From assembly GCA_900543885.1 (NCBI GenBank), contig UQTA01000001.1, positions 86,395-150,394 of the forward strand: a DNA stretch of 64,000 nucleotides, written 5' to 3'. Origin of the DNA: an uncultured Clostridium sp. (GTDB lineage: Bacteria > Bacillota > Clostridia > Lachnospirales > Lachnospiraceae). The first letter of the stretch is position 1, and each line of letters opens with the position of its first letter. This document shows positions 10,242-18,902 of the stretch, in pieces. The notes below the pieces were generated by a model. That model had not been told where the DNA came from. It saw only the letters and a list, made by a program, of their open reading frames with translations, and did not search any database. A program made the position numbers and the translations under genes.

Positions 10242-11249
10242 TTAATCTCTCACAATGGGAAGGGTGATCTCTACGTCCGTCCCAACATCCAGCTGACTGT
10301 AGATATAAATACCATACTCTTCTCCAAATAACAGCTTGATACGATTATTTACATTTTTCACCGCGATTCCGCCCCGCTTGCCATTTTCCTCTTCTTCCTC
10401 TTCTTCCAGCCTTAATGCCCTCAGTTTTTCGTTCATAGCCCTAACCTGGCCTTTTTCCATTCCTACCCCATCATCAGAAATCATAATGATCAAATGTTTA
10501 TCTGTCATGGTGATCTTAATGTCCAGACAACCTTTCCCAATTTTCTGCTCCAGACCATGGTAAATAGAATTTTCCACAATAGGCTGCAATGTTAATTTTG
10601 GCAGCTGACACATAAGAGCTTCTTCATCTTCACAGTCATAACGGATCCGCAGATCTAACTTGCTTCCAAAACGGAACTGCTGAATATAATAATAATTTTC
10701 CACATTAGCCAGTTCTTCTTCCAATGTGACAAGATTGTTTACCTGAGAAATAGTATATCGGAAATAAGTCGCTAATGCCTCCGTCATTTCCGCAATAGAA
10801 TCAACTCCCGCGATCAAAGCTTCTGCCCGGATGCCTTCCAGTGTGTTATAAAGAAAATGTGGATTAATCTGATTCTGTAAAGCCAGATATTCTGACTTTT
10901 TCTTGGATACAGTAACTAATTCACTTTTATCCAATAATGCATAAAACCGACGCAGCATATTTTTCTCTTCTTCATTCAGCAAATATGGCATATGATAAAT
11001 ATCTTCATAGCTGTCTCCTCTTGCAAAAGCAGCTTTTATGCGGCTGTTTACTTTTAAAGGCCGGTAGATCAGCCGATATCCTCCGTATAGCAAAATGACA
11101 TAAAAAAGCCCAAAAAGTCCGATAACCCATTTCAATCCTGCTATTTTCCATTCCTGAAAGAACAGGATAAACAGCAGGCTTATATGAAAGATAAAAAAGA
11201 TCGCTGCAAACCAGCGTATACGGTCAAAAAGATAGCTCTCTTTATTCAT
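10242..11249 (-). CDS. Sensor histidine kinase, LytS/YesM-type His_kinase + HATPase, two TM helices and no extracytoplasmic sensor domain
   Basis: H-box NPHFLYNTL; HATPase_c C-terminal; start MNKESYLF overlaps the response-regulator stop (atga); only about 100 aa precede the kinase core. Confidence 0.8.
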   Translation of the reverse strand: MNKESYLFDRIRWFAAIFFIFHISLLFILFFQEWKIAGLKWVIGLFGLFYVILLYGGYRLIYRPLKVNSRIKAAFARGDSYEDIYHMPYLLNEEEKNMLRRFYALLDKSELVTVSKKKSEYLALQNQINPHFLYNTLEGIRAEALIAGVDSIAEMTEALATYFRYTISQVNNLVTLEEELANVENYYYIQQFRFGSKLDLRIRYDCEDEEALMCQLPKLTLQPIVENSIYHGLEQKIGKGCLDIKITMTDKHLIIMISDDGVGMEKGQVRAMNEKLRALRLEEEEEEENGKRGGIAVKNVNNRIKLLFGEEYGIYIYSQLDVGTDVEITLPIVRD

Positions 11250-12865
11250 GAATAGATCTTCCTGTATTCTCCTGGCTTCAGCCCGGTGTATTTTACAAAG
11301 CATTTTGTGAAATATTTCACATCTGAATAACCCACTTTTTCGCAGATCACGTTCATTCCTTCGTTTCCTGAAACCAGCATCTTTTGGGCTGCATCCATAC
11401 GTACTGACTGCAAGAATTCCAGAAAAGTGGCTCCTGTTTCTTTCTTAAAAAGTGTGCTGAAATATCCGGGAGCAAAACCTGCCATTTCACTTACTTCTTC
11501 CAGGGTAAGGGAACGGTTATAATTTTCTTCTATATATTGTTTTGCCTGCCGGATGGGACGGTTATCCTCTGCTTTCTTGGCTTCCGAAGCTTTTTGCAAA
11601 GATCTTCCCAATGTGCCGCCTAAAAGCCGGAACAGCTCTTCAATATCTGCACATTCTCCTGCATCTTTGCTGAATTTTTCCACAAACTTAGCTTCTCCGT
11701 CTACATGGATTCCCTTACTCTTCATACAAAACAGATAATGGTTGCAAGCTTCTTTGGACATCTGCAAAATCTCATATCCAGTAATACCCGGATAATTTTT
11801 CAATGTATCCCGTAGATTTTCAATGGTTCTTCTTACATCCACTACATTTAAAGCTTCTACTGCCCGTTCCATTTCTTTGTTAAAACGATAAAATGCTTCG
11901 CTGTTTATAAAATCCGATGTTTTTCGCTGCTGCGTTTCATCCATCTCCAGCATACGTCCAGTTCCCAGAAGGAGCCTCTGCTTTATCATAAAAACAGCAT
12001 CCAGAAAAGACTCTCTGATATATTCTGATGTTTTTACCATATTTCCCATTCCTATGGTAACGCTCATTCCTTTTAAGATACTTTCCTGGGTTTTCAGCTC
12101 ATCTAACATCTGACGCACATTTTTTCGCACATTCCTGCTTTCTTCTTCCTCATAATTCATCAAAAGATAAAATGTAGAACACTCTGCATAAATCTCGAAA
12201 TCATAACAAACTGGATCCAGATACTGAAATGCCAGATTGGCAGCTTTATCTGCCAAAAAAGAAAGACAGTTGTCATTGTTGCTTACATGGTCAAATTTGA
12301 TCGCAGCAAACTGAAAGATTCCCTCCTGAAAATGAAAATGGTACTGACTGTTCAGTTCTCTCAGTCCAATGACAGTCTCTCTCTCCCGGTCCCCATAGAT
12401 CATTCGTGAAACAAAGCTGGTACGCAGTTTTCCTGCATCATTTTTCAAAGCAAGTCTGACTCTCTCTTCAAAATTTAACTGTTCATTCTTCTCTTTATAA
12501 ATCTCTGTGATCCTTTGTAACGTATCCTTAAGTTCCTCTTTTTTGATCGGTTTTAAAAGATAATCTCTTACACCATAGCGGATCGCTGTCTGGGCATATT
12601 CAAAATGGCGATAACCGCTGATGATAATGATCTCCGTATCCGGCAGTTTTTCCTTTACTTTCTGAATCAGTTCCATACCATCGATCCCAGGCATTCTTAT
12701 ATCTGTGATCACGATCTCCGGTTTATAAATTTCTGCCTGTTCTAAGGCTTCAAGACCGTTAGACGCAGTTGCTGCCACAGTCAATCCCATTTCCTCCCAG
12801 TTGATCAGTTTTATGATCAGCTGGCATATCTTCTCTTCATCATCTGCGATCAATACCTTCAGCAT
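11246..12865 (-). CDS. Response regulator, REC + AraC-type HTH (YesN-like)
   Basis: N-terminal MLKVLIADDE...DIRMPGIDG receiver; C-terminal AraC HTH (YFSTLFKKETG...). Confidence 0.85.
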   Translation of the reverse strand: MLKVLIADDEEKICQLIIKLINWEEMGLTVAATASNGLEALEQAEIYKPEIVITDIRMPGIDGMELIQKVKEKLPDTEIIIISGYRHFEYAQTAIRYGVRDYLLKPIKKEELKDTLQRITEIYKEKNEQLNFEERVRLALKNDAGKLRTSFVSRMIYGDRERETVIGLRELNSQYHFHFQEGIFQFAAIKFDHVSNNDNCLSFLADKAANLAFQYLDPVCYDFEIYAECSTFYLLMNYEEEESRNVRKNVRQMLDELKTQESILKGMSVTIGMGNMVKTSEYIRESFLDAVFMIKQRLLLGTGRMLEMDETQQRKTSDFINSEAFYRFNKEMERAVEALNVVDVRRTIENLRDTLKNYPGITGYEILQMSKEACNHYLFCMKSKGIHVDGEAKFVEKFSKDAGECADIEELFRLLGGTLGRSLQKASEAKKAEDNRPIRQAKQYIEENYNRSLTLEEVSEMAGFAPGYFSTLFKKETGATFLEFLQSVRMDAAQKMLVSGNEGMNVICEKVGYSDVKYFTKCFVKYTGLKPGEYRKIYS

Positions 12866-12915
12866 GTTTCCCTCCTATACTGTCATATATATGCTCTCGG
12901 AATCCTTTTTCTCCC

Positions 12916-13080
12916 CTAGTATAATCCGCGATAATTACCGATCCCTTACACGCAGGATAAATTTTCATGTGCAAGGAAGCTGAATGAGGCGATGCCGGTA
13001 GCATCGTCGATTGAAGCTGACGCGGCAGATGGAAATTTAGACAAGTGAAAGGGGCGGATAATTATTGTGGATTATACTAG
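12916..13080. repeat. About 165 bp element bounded by 22-bp imperfect inverted repeats containing TATAAT boxes
   Basis: ctagtataatccgcgataatta (12916-12937) versus taattattgtggattatactag (13059-13080); GC-rich core with the palindrome gatgccggtagcatc. Confidence 0.4.
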
Positions 13081-13114
13081 TGTATCATCTCAATGAGATT
13101 TGCGCTAGATGCAG

Positions 13115-13157
13115 GGGTAAAAAAACGCGTCCCCCGAAGGGACGCGTTTTCAACTGA
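13115..13157. terminator. Bidirectional rho-independent terminator (A-run, GC hairpin, T-run)
   Basis: aaaaaacgcgtcccccgaagggacgcgtttt; sits downstream of the minus-strand decarboxylase operon. Confidence 0.6.
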
Positions 13158-13262
13158 TGTGATCGTATTTTGACCTCTTTGATACCGGGTTCCAAGATCA
13201 AAAATCCTCTTGCAAGCAAGCTTGCATCGGATTTCAGACCTTTTGACCCTGGTATCATAAAA

Positions 13263-14675
13263 TTATACTGGATAAGCCTTATTCTCTTTATCTGCTACAG
13301 CAGCATCTACTTTCTTCTGCTGAGCTTCTCTGTACTGGAAGAACTCCTTGGCAACATTTGGGAACAGAGCGTAGCTTAATACGTCCTCATCCTGCTGTTT
13401 CCACTGAGCGCATTCCTTTTCAAACTGAGGCATCTGAGGTGCGATCAGATCTGCAGGTCTGCAGGTGATCGGAGTCTCATCGCCGATGATTTTCTTCTGT
13501 ACTTCTGGGTTAAATGGCTTAACAGTCTGACCAAATTCACCAAGCATGATCTTCTTGGATTCCTTTGGAACCATCTTGTAGCGCTCACCCATTAATACGT
13601 TAAGAACTGCCTGAGTACCAACGATCTGGGAAGAAGGTGTAACCAGAGGCGGCTCACCAAAGTCTTTACGAACTCTTGGGATTTCCTCCAGAACCTGCTG
13701 ATACTTGTCTTCCTGACCAGCTTCCTTTAACTGGCTAACCAGGTTGGAAAGCATACCGCCAGGTACCTGATACTGCAGAGTCTTGATATTTACGCCTAAT
13801 ACCTTTGGATTCAACAGACCGGTCTTTAATGCTTCTTCACGGATTGGCTGGAAGTGAGCAGCGATCTCTCCTAACAGCTTCTGATCATAACCGGTATCAT
13901 ATGGAGTACCGCGGAAGGTCTCTACCATAACTTCTGTAGCTGGCTGGCTGGTTCCCAGTGCCAGTGGAGACATAGCACAGTCAATAATATCGCAGCCTGC
14001 TTCTACAGCCTTCATATAGGTCATGGAAGCAACACCGGAAGTATAATGGGTGTGCAGATCGATTGGAAGTGTGGTTCCTTCCTTTAAAGCCTTAACTAAT
14101 TCAGTAGCCTTGTATGGAGTTAACAGACCTGCCATATCCTTGATACACAGAGAATCAGCTCCCATGTCTTCAATTCTCTTAGCAATGTCTCTCCAGTAAT
14201 CCAGAGTATAAGCATCACCTAAGGTGTAGCACAGTGCGATCTGAGCATGTCCTTTTTCCTTCTTTGTTGCCTTTACAGCAGTCTCCAGGTTACGGATATC
14301 GTTTAAGCAGTCGAAAATACGAATGATATCAATACCATTTGCAATAGATTTCTGTACGAAATATTCAACTACATCATCTGCATAGTGATTATATCCCAGG
14401 ATATTCTGTCCACGGAACAGCATCTGCAGCTTTGTGTTCTTAAATCCATCTCTTAACTTTCTTAAGCGCATCCATGGATCTTCTTTTAAGAAACGCAGGC
14501 AGGCATCAAATGTAGCGCCTCCCCAGCACTCTACTGCATGGTAGCCAACCTTATCCATCTTGTCTACGATAGGCAGCATCTGCTCTGTAGTCATTCTGGT
14601 AGCAAGTAAAGACTGATGTGCATCACGAAGGACGGTTTCCACGATCTTTACTGGCTTCTTCTCTATCTCTGCCAT
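13263..14675 (-). CDS. Biotin-dependent carboxyltransferase 5S subunit (oxaloacetate decarboxylase alpha / pyruvate carboxylase subunit B-like), lacking a C-terminal biotinyl domain
   Basis: VKIVETVLRDAHQSL..., HxH metal motif region, 470 aa (too short to include a biotin carrier domain). Confidence 0.85.
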   Translation of the reverse strand: MAEIEKKPVKIVETVLRDAHQSLLATRMTTEQMLPIVDKMDKVGYHAVECWGGATFDACLRFLKEDPWMRLRKLRDGFKNTKLQMLFRGQNILGYNHYADDVVEYFVQKSIANGIDIIRIFDCLNDIRNLETAVKATKKEKGHAQIALCYTLGDAYTLDYWRDIAKRIEDMGADSLCIKDMAGLLTPYKATELVKALKEGTTLPIDLHTHYTSGVASMTYMKAVEAGCDIIDCAMSPLALGTSQPATEVMVETFRGTPYDTGYDQKLLGEIAAHFQPIREEALKTGLLNPKVLGVNIKTLQYQVPGGMLSNLVSQLKEAGQEDKYQQVLEEIPRVRKDFGEPPLVTPSSQIVGTQAVLNVLMGERYKMVPKESKKIMLGEFGQTVKPFNPEVQKKIIGDETPITCRPADLIAPQMPQFEKECAQWKQQDEDVLSYALFPNVAKEFFQYREAQQKKVDAAVADKENKAYPV

Positions 14676-14741
14676 AGTTTAAATCCTCCTTAATAGGCAC
14701 CCGGTCTTATTCCAAAGACCAGGTGCAGTAAATGTTGGTTT

Positions 14742-15887
14742 TTATACACCGAAAATTGCCATAAAGGTACCGGCTGCTACTGCAGTACCGATAACACCTG
14801 CAACGTTTGGTCCCATTGCATGCATCAGCAGGAAGTTGGTAGGATCATATTCAGCACCAACCTTCTGGGATACACGGGCTGCCATAGGAACTGCGGATAC
14901 ACCTGCAGAACCGATCAGTGGGTTGATCTTTCCGCCAGTTACCTTGCATAAGATCTTTCCTAAGAGAACGCCGCCGATGGTTCCTACGCAGAATGCTACC
15001 AGACCTAAAATAACGATCTTGATAGTAGTTGCGTTTAAGAATGCCTCTGCACTGGTGGTTGCACCTACAGAAGTACCAAGCAGGATAACAACAATATACA
15101 TCATTGCATTGGAAGCGGTCTCCTGCAGCTGTTTTACAACGCCGCACTCACGGAACAGGTTACCTAACATCAGCATACCTACTAACGGAGCAGTAGATGG
15201 CAGGATCAGGCACACAACGATAGTAACGATGATCGGGAATAAGATCTTCTCCAGCTTGGATACGGAACGAAGCTGGGACATTTTGATCTTACGCTCCTTA
15301 TCAGTAGTAAGAAGCTTCATAAATGGCGGCTGGATGATCGGAACCAGAGCCATATAAGAGTAAGCTGCAACAGCGATTGGTCCCATGATCTGGGTCTGTC
15401 CTAACTTACTGCAAAGGAACAGGGAAGTAGGACCATCTGCACCACCGATAATGGAGATACAAGCTGCCTCTTTTCCTGAGAATCCTAACAGGATTGCGAA
15501 GAAATATGCAGAGTAAATACCTAACTGAGCTGCTGCACCCATCAGGAAGCTGATCGGGTTTGCGATCAGCGGACCAAAGTCTGTCATCGCACCTACGCCC
15601 ATGAAGATCAGGGACGGAAGGATACTCCACTCGTCCAGAGTGAAGAAGTAATACAGCAGACCGCCTACGCCGTTGGAAGTCTGTTCCGGAGAATACATGA
15701 TATCCGGATAGATATTTACAAGCAGCATACCAAATGCGATCGGGATCAGCAGCAGCGGCTCAAATCCCTTAGCGATCGCCAGGTATAAGAAGACCAGTGC
15801 TACACCGATCATAATGTAGTTTCCTGCAGTCAGATGAAAGAACGCCATCTGGCCAAGCAGGTTTGATACCAAATTGCCAAAATCCAT
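14742..15887 (-). CDS. Na+-translocating decarboxylase beta subunit (OadB/MmdB/GcdB family)
   Basis: 381-aa polytopic membrane protein with the OadB family pattern. Confidence 0.9.
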   Translation of the reverse strand: MDFGNLVSNLLGQMAFFHLTAGNYIMIGVALVFLYLAIAKGFEPLLLIPIAFGMLLVNIYPDIMYSPEQTSNGVGGLLYYFFTLDEWSILPSLIFMGVGAMTDFGPLIANPISFLMGAAAQLGIYSAYFFAILLGFSGKEAACISIIGGADGPTSLFLCSKLGQTQIMGPIAVAAYSYMALVPIIQPPFMKLLTTDKERKIKMSQLRSVSKLEKILFPIIVTIVVCLILPSTAPLVGMLMLGNLFRECGVVKQLQETASNAMMYIVVILLGTSVGATTSAEAFLNATTIKIVILGLVAFCVGTIGGVLLGKILCKVTGGKINPLIGSAGVSAVPMAARVSQKVGAEYDPTNFLLMHAMGPNVAGVIGTAVAAGTFMAIFGV

Positions 15888-15938
15888 AATGTTACCTCCA
15901 TAATGGAAACCTTAAAAATAAGGGGTCCATCTTGTTGA

Positions 15939-16310
15939 CTAGTTCAGAGTAGCTAAAACAGCGCCGGACTCAACTGCATCGCCATTTGCTACATTAATGC
16001 TGGCAATTGTACCATCTTCAGGAGCAACGATGTCGTTCTCCATCTTCATAGCTTCCAGAACCAGGACAACTTCGCCCTTCTTTACTGCCTGTCCTACAGA
16101 AGCCTTAACTGCAACTACTTTACCTGGCATTGGAGCGGTAACTTCAACAGATCCTGCTGCGCCAGCTGGTGCTGCTGCCGGAGCTGGAGCTGCTGCTGGT
16201 GCAGGTGCTGCAACTGGAGCTGCTGCTACTGGTGCTGCAGCTGCTGCTGCGCCCTCTTCAACGGTTACTGCATATGCTTTTCCATTTACTGTAATGGTAT
16301 ATGTCTTCAT
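15939..16310 (-). CDS. Biotin carboxyl carrier protein subunit with Ala/Pro-rich linker
   Basis: C-terminal biotinyl domain with the EAMKMEN motif; AAPVAAAP linker. Confidence 0.85.
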   Translation of the reverse strand: MKTYTITVNGKAYAVTVEEGAAAAAAPVAAAPVAAPAPAAAPAPAAAPAGAAGSVEVTAPMPGKVVAVKASVGQAVKKGEVVLVLEAMKMENDIVAPEDGTIASINVANGDAVESGAVLATLN

Positions 16311-16373
16311 AGTTTGTTTCCTCCTACTTGTTGTATAAGCACATAGATCGAATCAAGTCTTTATGTGCAGTGA

Positions 16374-17192
16374 TTATCTTCCCAGACCTACACGGCGGAT
16401 AGAACGTACTACCAGACCGTTGGATGAGGTGCTGCCTTCATATGCTGCAATAGCTGCTGTAATAACAGCTACTAATTCTGCATCACCAGAAAGATCAGGA
16501 CCGGTTACTGCAGGTGCTGCTGCTACTGGCTTAACAGCCGGAGCTGCTGCCTTTGGTGCAGGAGCAGGTGCTGCTGCTTTCTTCTTGCCTTCTTCCCATG
16601 CATGGATATACTTAAAGCATGAGATCAGGATGCTGATGAAAATCAGAACAAGGAATACAGTACCGATACCAATAACTGTATATACAGTAGCAGTCTTTAA
16701 CAGGGCTCCCATAGAAGTATCTTCTACAACGCCTGCAGACATATCTGTAAATTCAGCCTGGATCTGCTGAGTAGCCATGTTGATGTTCATCACATATTTC
16801 TTGGTTCCCTCTGTAAAATCAACAGGGATCACAACTGTATAGCTGCCATCTTCCAGAAGAACAACAGAACCTTCGTCCATGTTTACGTTCTTTAATTCGC
16901 CCATGTCCTCACGTGCTTCCAGCTGAGCTTCATAGATAGAAGCAGTTGCTTCATCACCGGTTGCCTCTGCCAGAGTTTTCTGAACGATCAGCTGATCCTT
17001 CGGTACGCCTAAGGTCTGTGCTGCAGAAAGCATGATGGACTGAGCCATGGCATCATCTACAGGAGTTCCGTCCATGCTGATGGTGGAACCGGTTTCTGTA
17101 TCCTGATTAGAAGAGCAGCCGGAAAGACTTACCAGGCATGCGGACAGAAGAACTGCTGCTGCCATTCTCTTTACAAATCGTCTCATATACAT
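16374..17192 (-). CDS. Lipoprotein fused to an OadG/MmdD-like sodium-pump decarboxylase gamma/delta subunit
   Basis: Lipobox LSGCSS; C-terminal TM helix + Ala/Pro-rich spacer + AELVAVITAAIAAY motif typical of OadG. Confidence 0.5.
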   Translation of the reverse strand: MYMRRFVKRMAAAVLLSACLVSLSGCSSNQDTETGSTISMDGTPVDDAMAQSIMLSAAQTLGVPKDQLIVQKTLAEATGDEATASIYEAQLEAREDMGELKNVNMDEGSVVLLEDGSYTVVIPVDFTEGTKKYVMNINMATQQIQAEFTDMSAGVVEDTSMGALLKTATVYTVIGIGTVFLVLIFISILISCFKYIHAWEEGKKKAAAPAPAPKAAAPAVKPVAAAPAVTGPDLSGDAELVAVITAAIAAYEGSTSSNGLVVRSIRRVGLGR

Positions 17193-17203
17193 GTCACCTC
17201 TCT

Positions 17204-18655
17204 TTAAACCGTGCCATGCTTCTTGGAAGGACGGTCCTCACTTTTTGTGTACAGCATCTCAAAAGCGGCGATCACTCTCTGACGGGTCTCTTCTGCCTTG
17301 ATGATGTCATCTACATAGCCTCTCTTTGCAGCAGCAACAGCGCCGGACTGCAGAGCGGTATATTCTGCGGTTTTCTCTTTGATCATTGCAACTGCGTCAT
17401 CAGCAGCTTCGATTTCTTTTGCGTACATGATCTTAACAGCTTCTGCCGGATCCATGGTACCGATCACTGCATTTGGCCAAGCGTAAACGATGTCTGCGCC
17501 CAGGCTCTTGCTGCCCATAGTAAGACCCGCACTGCCTAATGCATTCTTAACAACAACTGTTACCTTCGGTACAGTCGCATCTGCATATGCATAGGTCAGC
17601 TTAGCTGCTAACTTAGCGATCTTTCTTTCGCTGCACATAGTTGCACGGTATCCATTTACATTTACCAGAGTCAGAACAGGAATGCTGAATGCATCACAGA
17701 AATTGATGAAGTCAGCTGCCTTCTCACAGCCTTTTCCGCAAAGAGCTGCCTCTAAGGTCTGTACTTTCTCACCATTCTCATAAACTTCGCTGCGGTTAGC
17801 CACACAGCCAACTGTGCTTCCGTTTAAACGGATAAATCCAGTTACCATAGAAGCACCGTAGTTCTTCTTAACTTCCATAAAGAAGTTATTATCAGAGATC
17901 ATCTGTAAAGCTGCTGCAGTATCTCCGGTATATCCTTCGATACCAGTGCACATACGGTTTAAATCATCTGTGCAGTCAACTTCAGACAGATCTTCTTCAT
18001 TATTAGAAGGCAGAATAGATACCAGTGTGCGGATCTGAGATAATACAGAGGCTTCATCACCTGCAAAATCAACCAGACCGGATTCTTCTGACTGGAACTT
18101 AGCAGAAGAAGTATCACATTTTGCCTTATAGTTGCCCTCCAGAGCATTTGGGGAATTGACAAACAGTTTTGCAGAAGTATCTTCCATGAAAGTGAAATCT
18201 GCCATACCTGCACTAACAGCCATACCGCCGCCGCAGGTACCGAAAATTGCCATAATCTGAGGAATCACTCCAGATGCCATTGTCTGGCTTAAATACAGCT
18301 TTCCAAATCCATCCAGTGCGTCAGTTGCTTCCTGAAGACGCAGTCCTGCACAGTCTACCAGACCGATCACAGGTGCTCCCATCTTCATAGCCATAGAGTA
18401 GATGTTGCAGATCTTCTTTGCATGCATCTCACCCATGGAACCGCCCAGTACAGCAGCATCCTGGCTGTATACATATACCAGGCATCCGCCGATGGTACCG
18501 TAGCCGGTAACTACACCGTCAGCCGGTGTTTCCTGCTCAGTCATGTTAAAGTCAGTATTTCTCGCCGCAATATAGGCTCCGACTTCAACAAAACTGTTCT
18601 CATCAAGCAGGGCTGCTATACGGCTGCTTGCTGAAGTTTGTGCTGAATTACTCAT
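17204..18655 (-). CDS. Acyl-CoA carboxyltransferase alpha subunit (methylmalonyl-CoA decarboxylase MmdA / 12S-like)
   Basis: Carboxyl_trans domain (GGSMGEMHAKKI..., GLVDCAG); start placed at MSNS behind the RBS ggagga. Confidence 0.85.
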   Translation of the reverse strand: MSNSAQTSASSRIAALLDENSFVEVGAYIAARNTDFNMTEQETPADGVVTGYGTIGGCLVYVYSQDAAVLGGSMGEMHAKKICNIYSMAMKMGAPVIGLVDCAGLRLQEATDALDGFGKLYLSQTMASGVIPQIMAIFGTCGGGMAVSAGMADFTFMEDTSAKLFVNSPNALEGNYKAKCDTSSAKFQSEESGLVDFAGDEASVLSQIRTLVSILPSNNEEDLSEVDCTDDLNRMCTGIEGYTGDTAAALQMISDNNFFMEVKKNYGASMVTGFIRLNGSTVGCVANRSEVYENGEKVQTLEAALCGKGCEKAADFINFCDAFSIPVLTLVNVNGYRATMCSERKIAKLAAKLTYAYADATVPKVTVVVKNALGSAGLTMGSKSLGADIVYAWPNAVIGTMDPAEAVKIMYAKEIEAADDAVAMIKEKTAEYTALQSGAVAAAKRGYVDDIIKAEETRQRVIAAFEMLYTKSEDRPSKKHGTV

Positions 18656-18843
18656 TTTCCAGTCCTCCATCATTCTTAAGTTTACAGTATTTAGCGGAAA
18701 GCACATAAAAACAATGCTTTCTTATAAAATACAGAAATATTGCCGTTTATATTATAGTGATTTTTTTGTCAAATGGCAAGCATTTCCTTTTATTAAAGTT
18801 GTTTATTAATAAATTTTAAGATGCTTCTTTTCCTGAAATTTGA

Positions 18844-18872
18844 AAAAGCCCTGCCTATACGACAGGACTTTC
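18844..18872 (-). terminator. Rho-independent terminator downstream of the fumarate hydratase genes
   Basis: The minus strand reads agtcctgtcgtataggcagggc followed by ttttt. Confidence 0.5.
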
Positions 18873-18902
18873 TCTTTTCTTTATATGATCTTTTGCTGAT
18901 CC

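Noticed and set aside
16363-16770. 135-aa Ala-rich ORF on the plus strand
   Set aside because: It is an antisense shadow of the OadG-like gene's Ala/Pro-linker region; low complexity, no RBS.
17204-18706. Longer N-terminus MCFPLNTVNLRMMEDWK for the carboxyltransferase
   Set aside because: The RBS ggagga is positioned for the MSNS start, and the extension is not conserved-looking.
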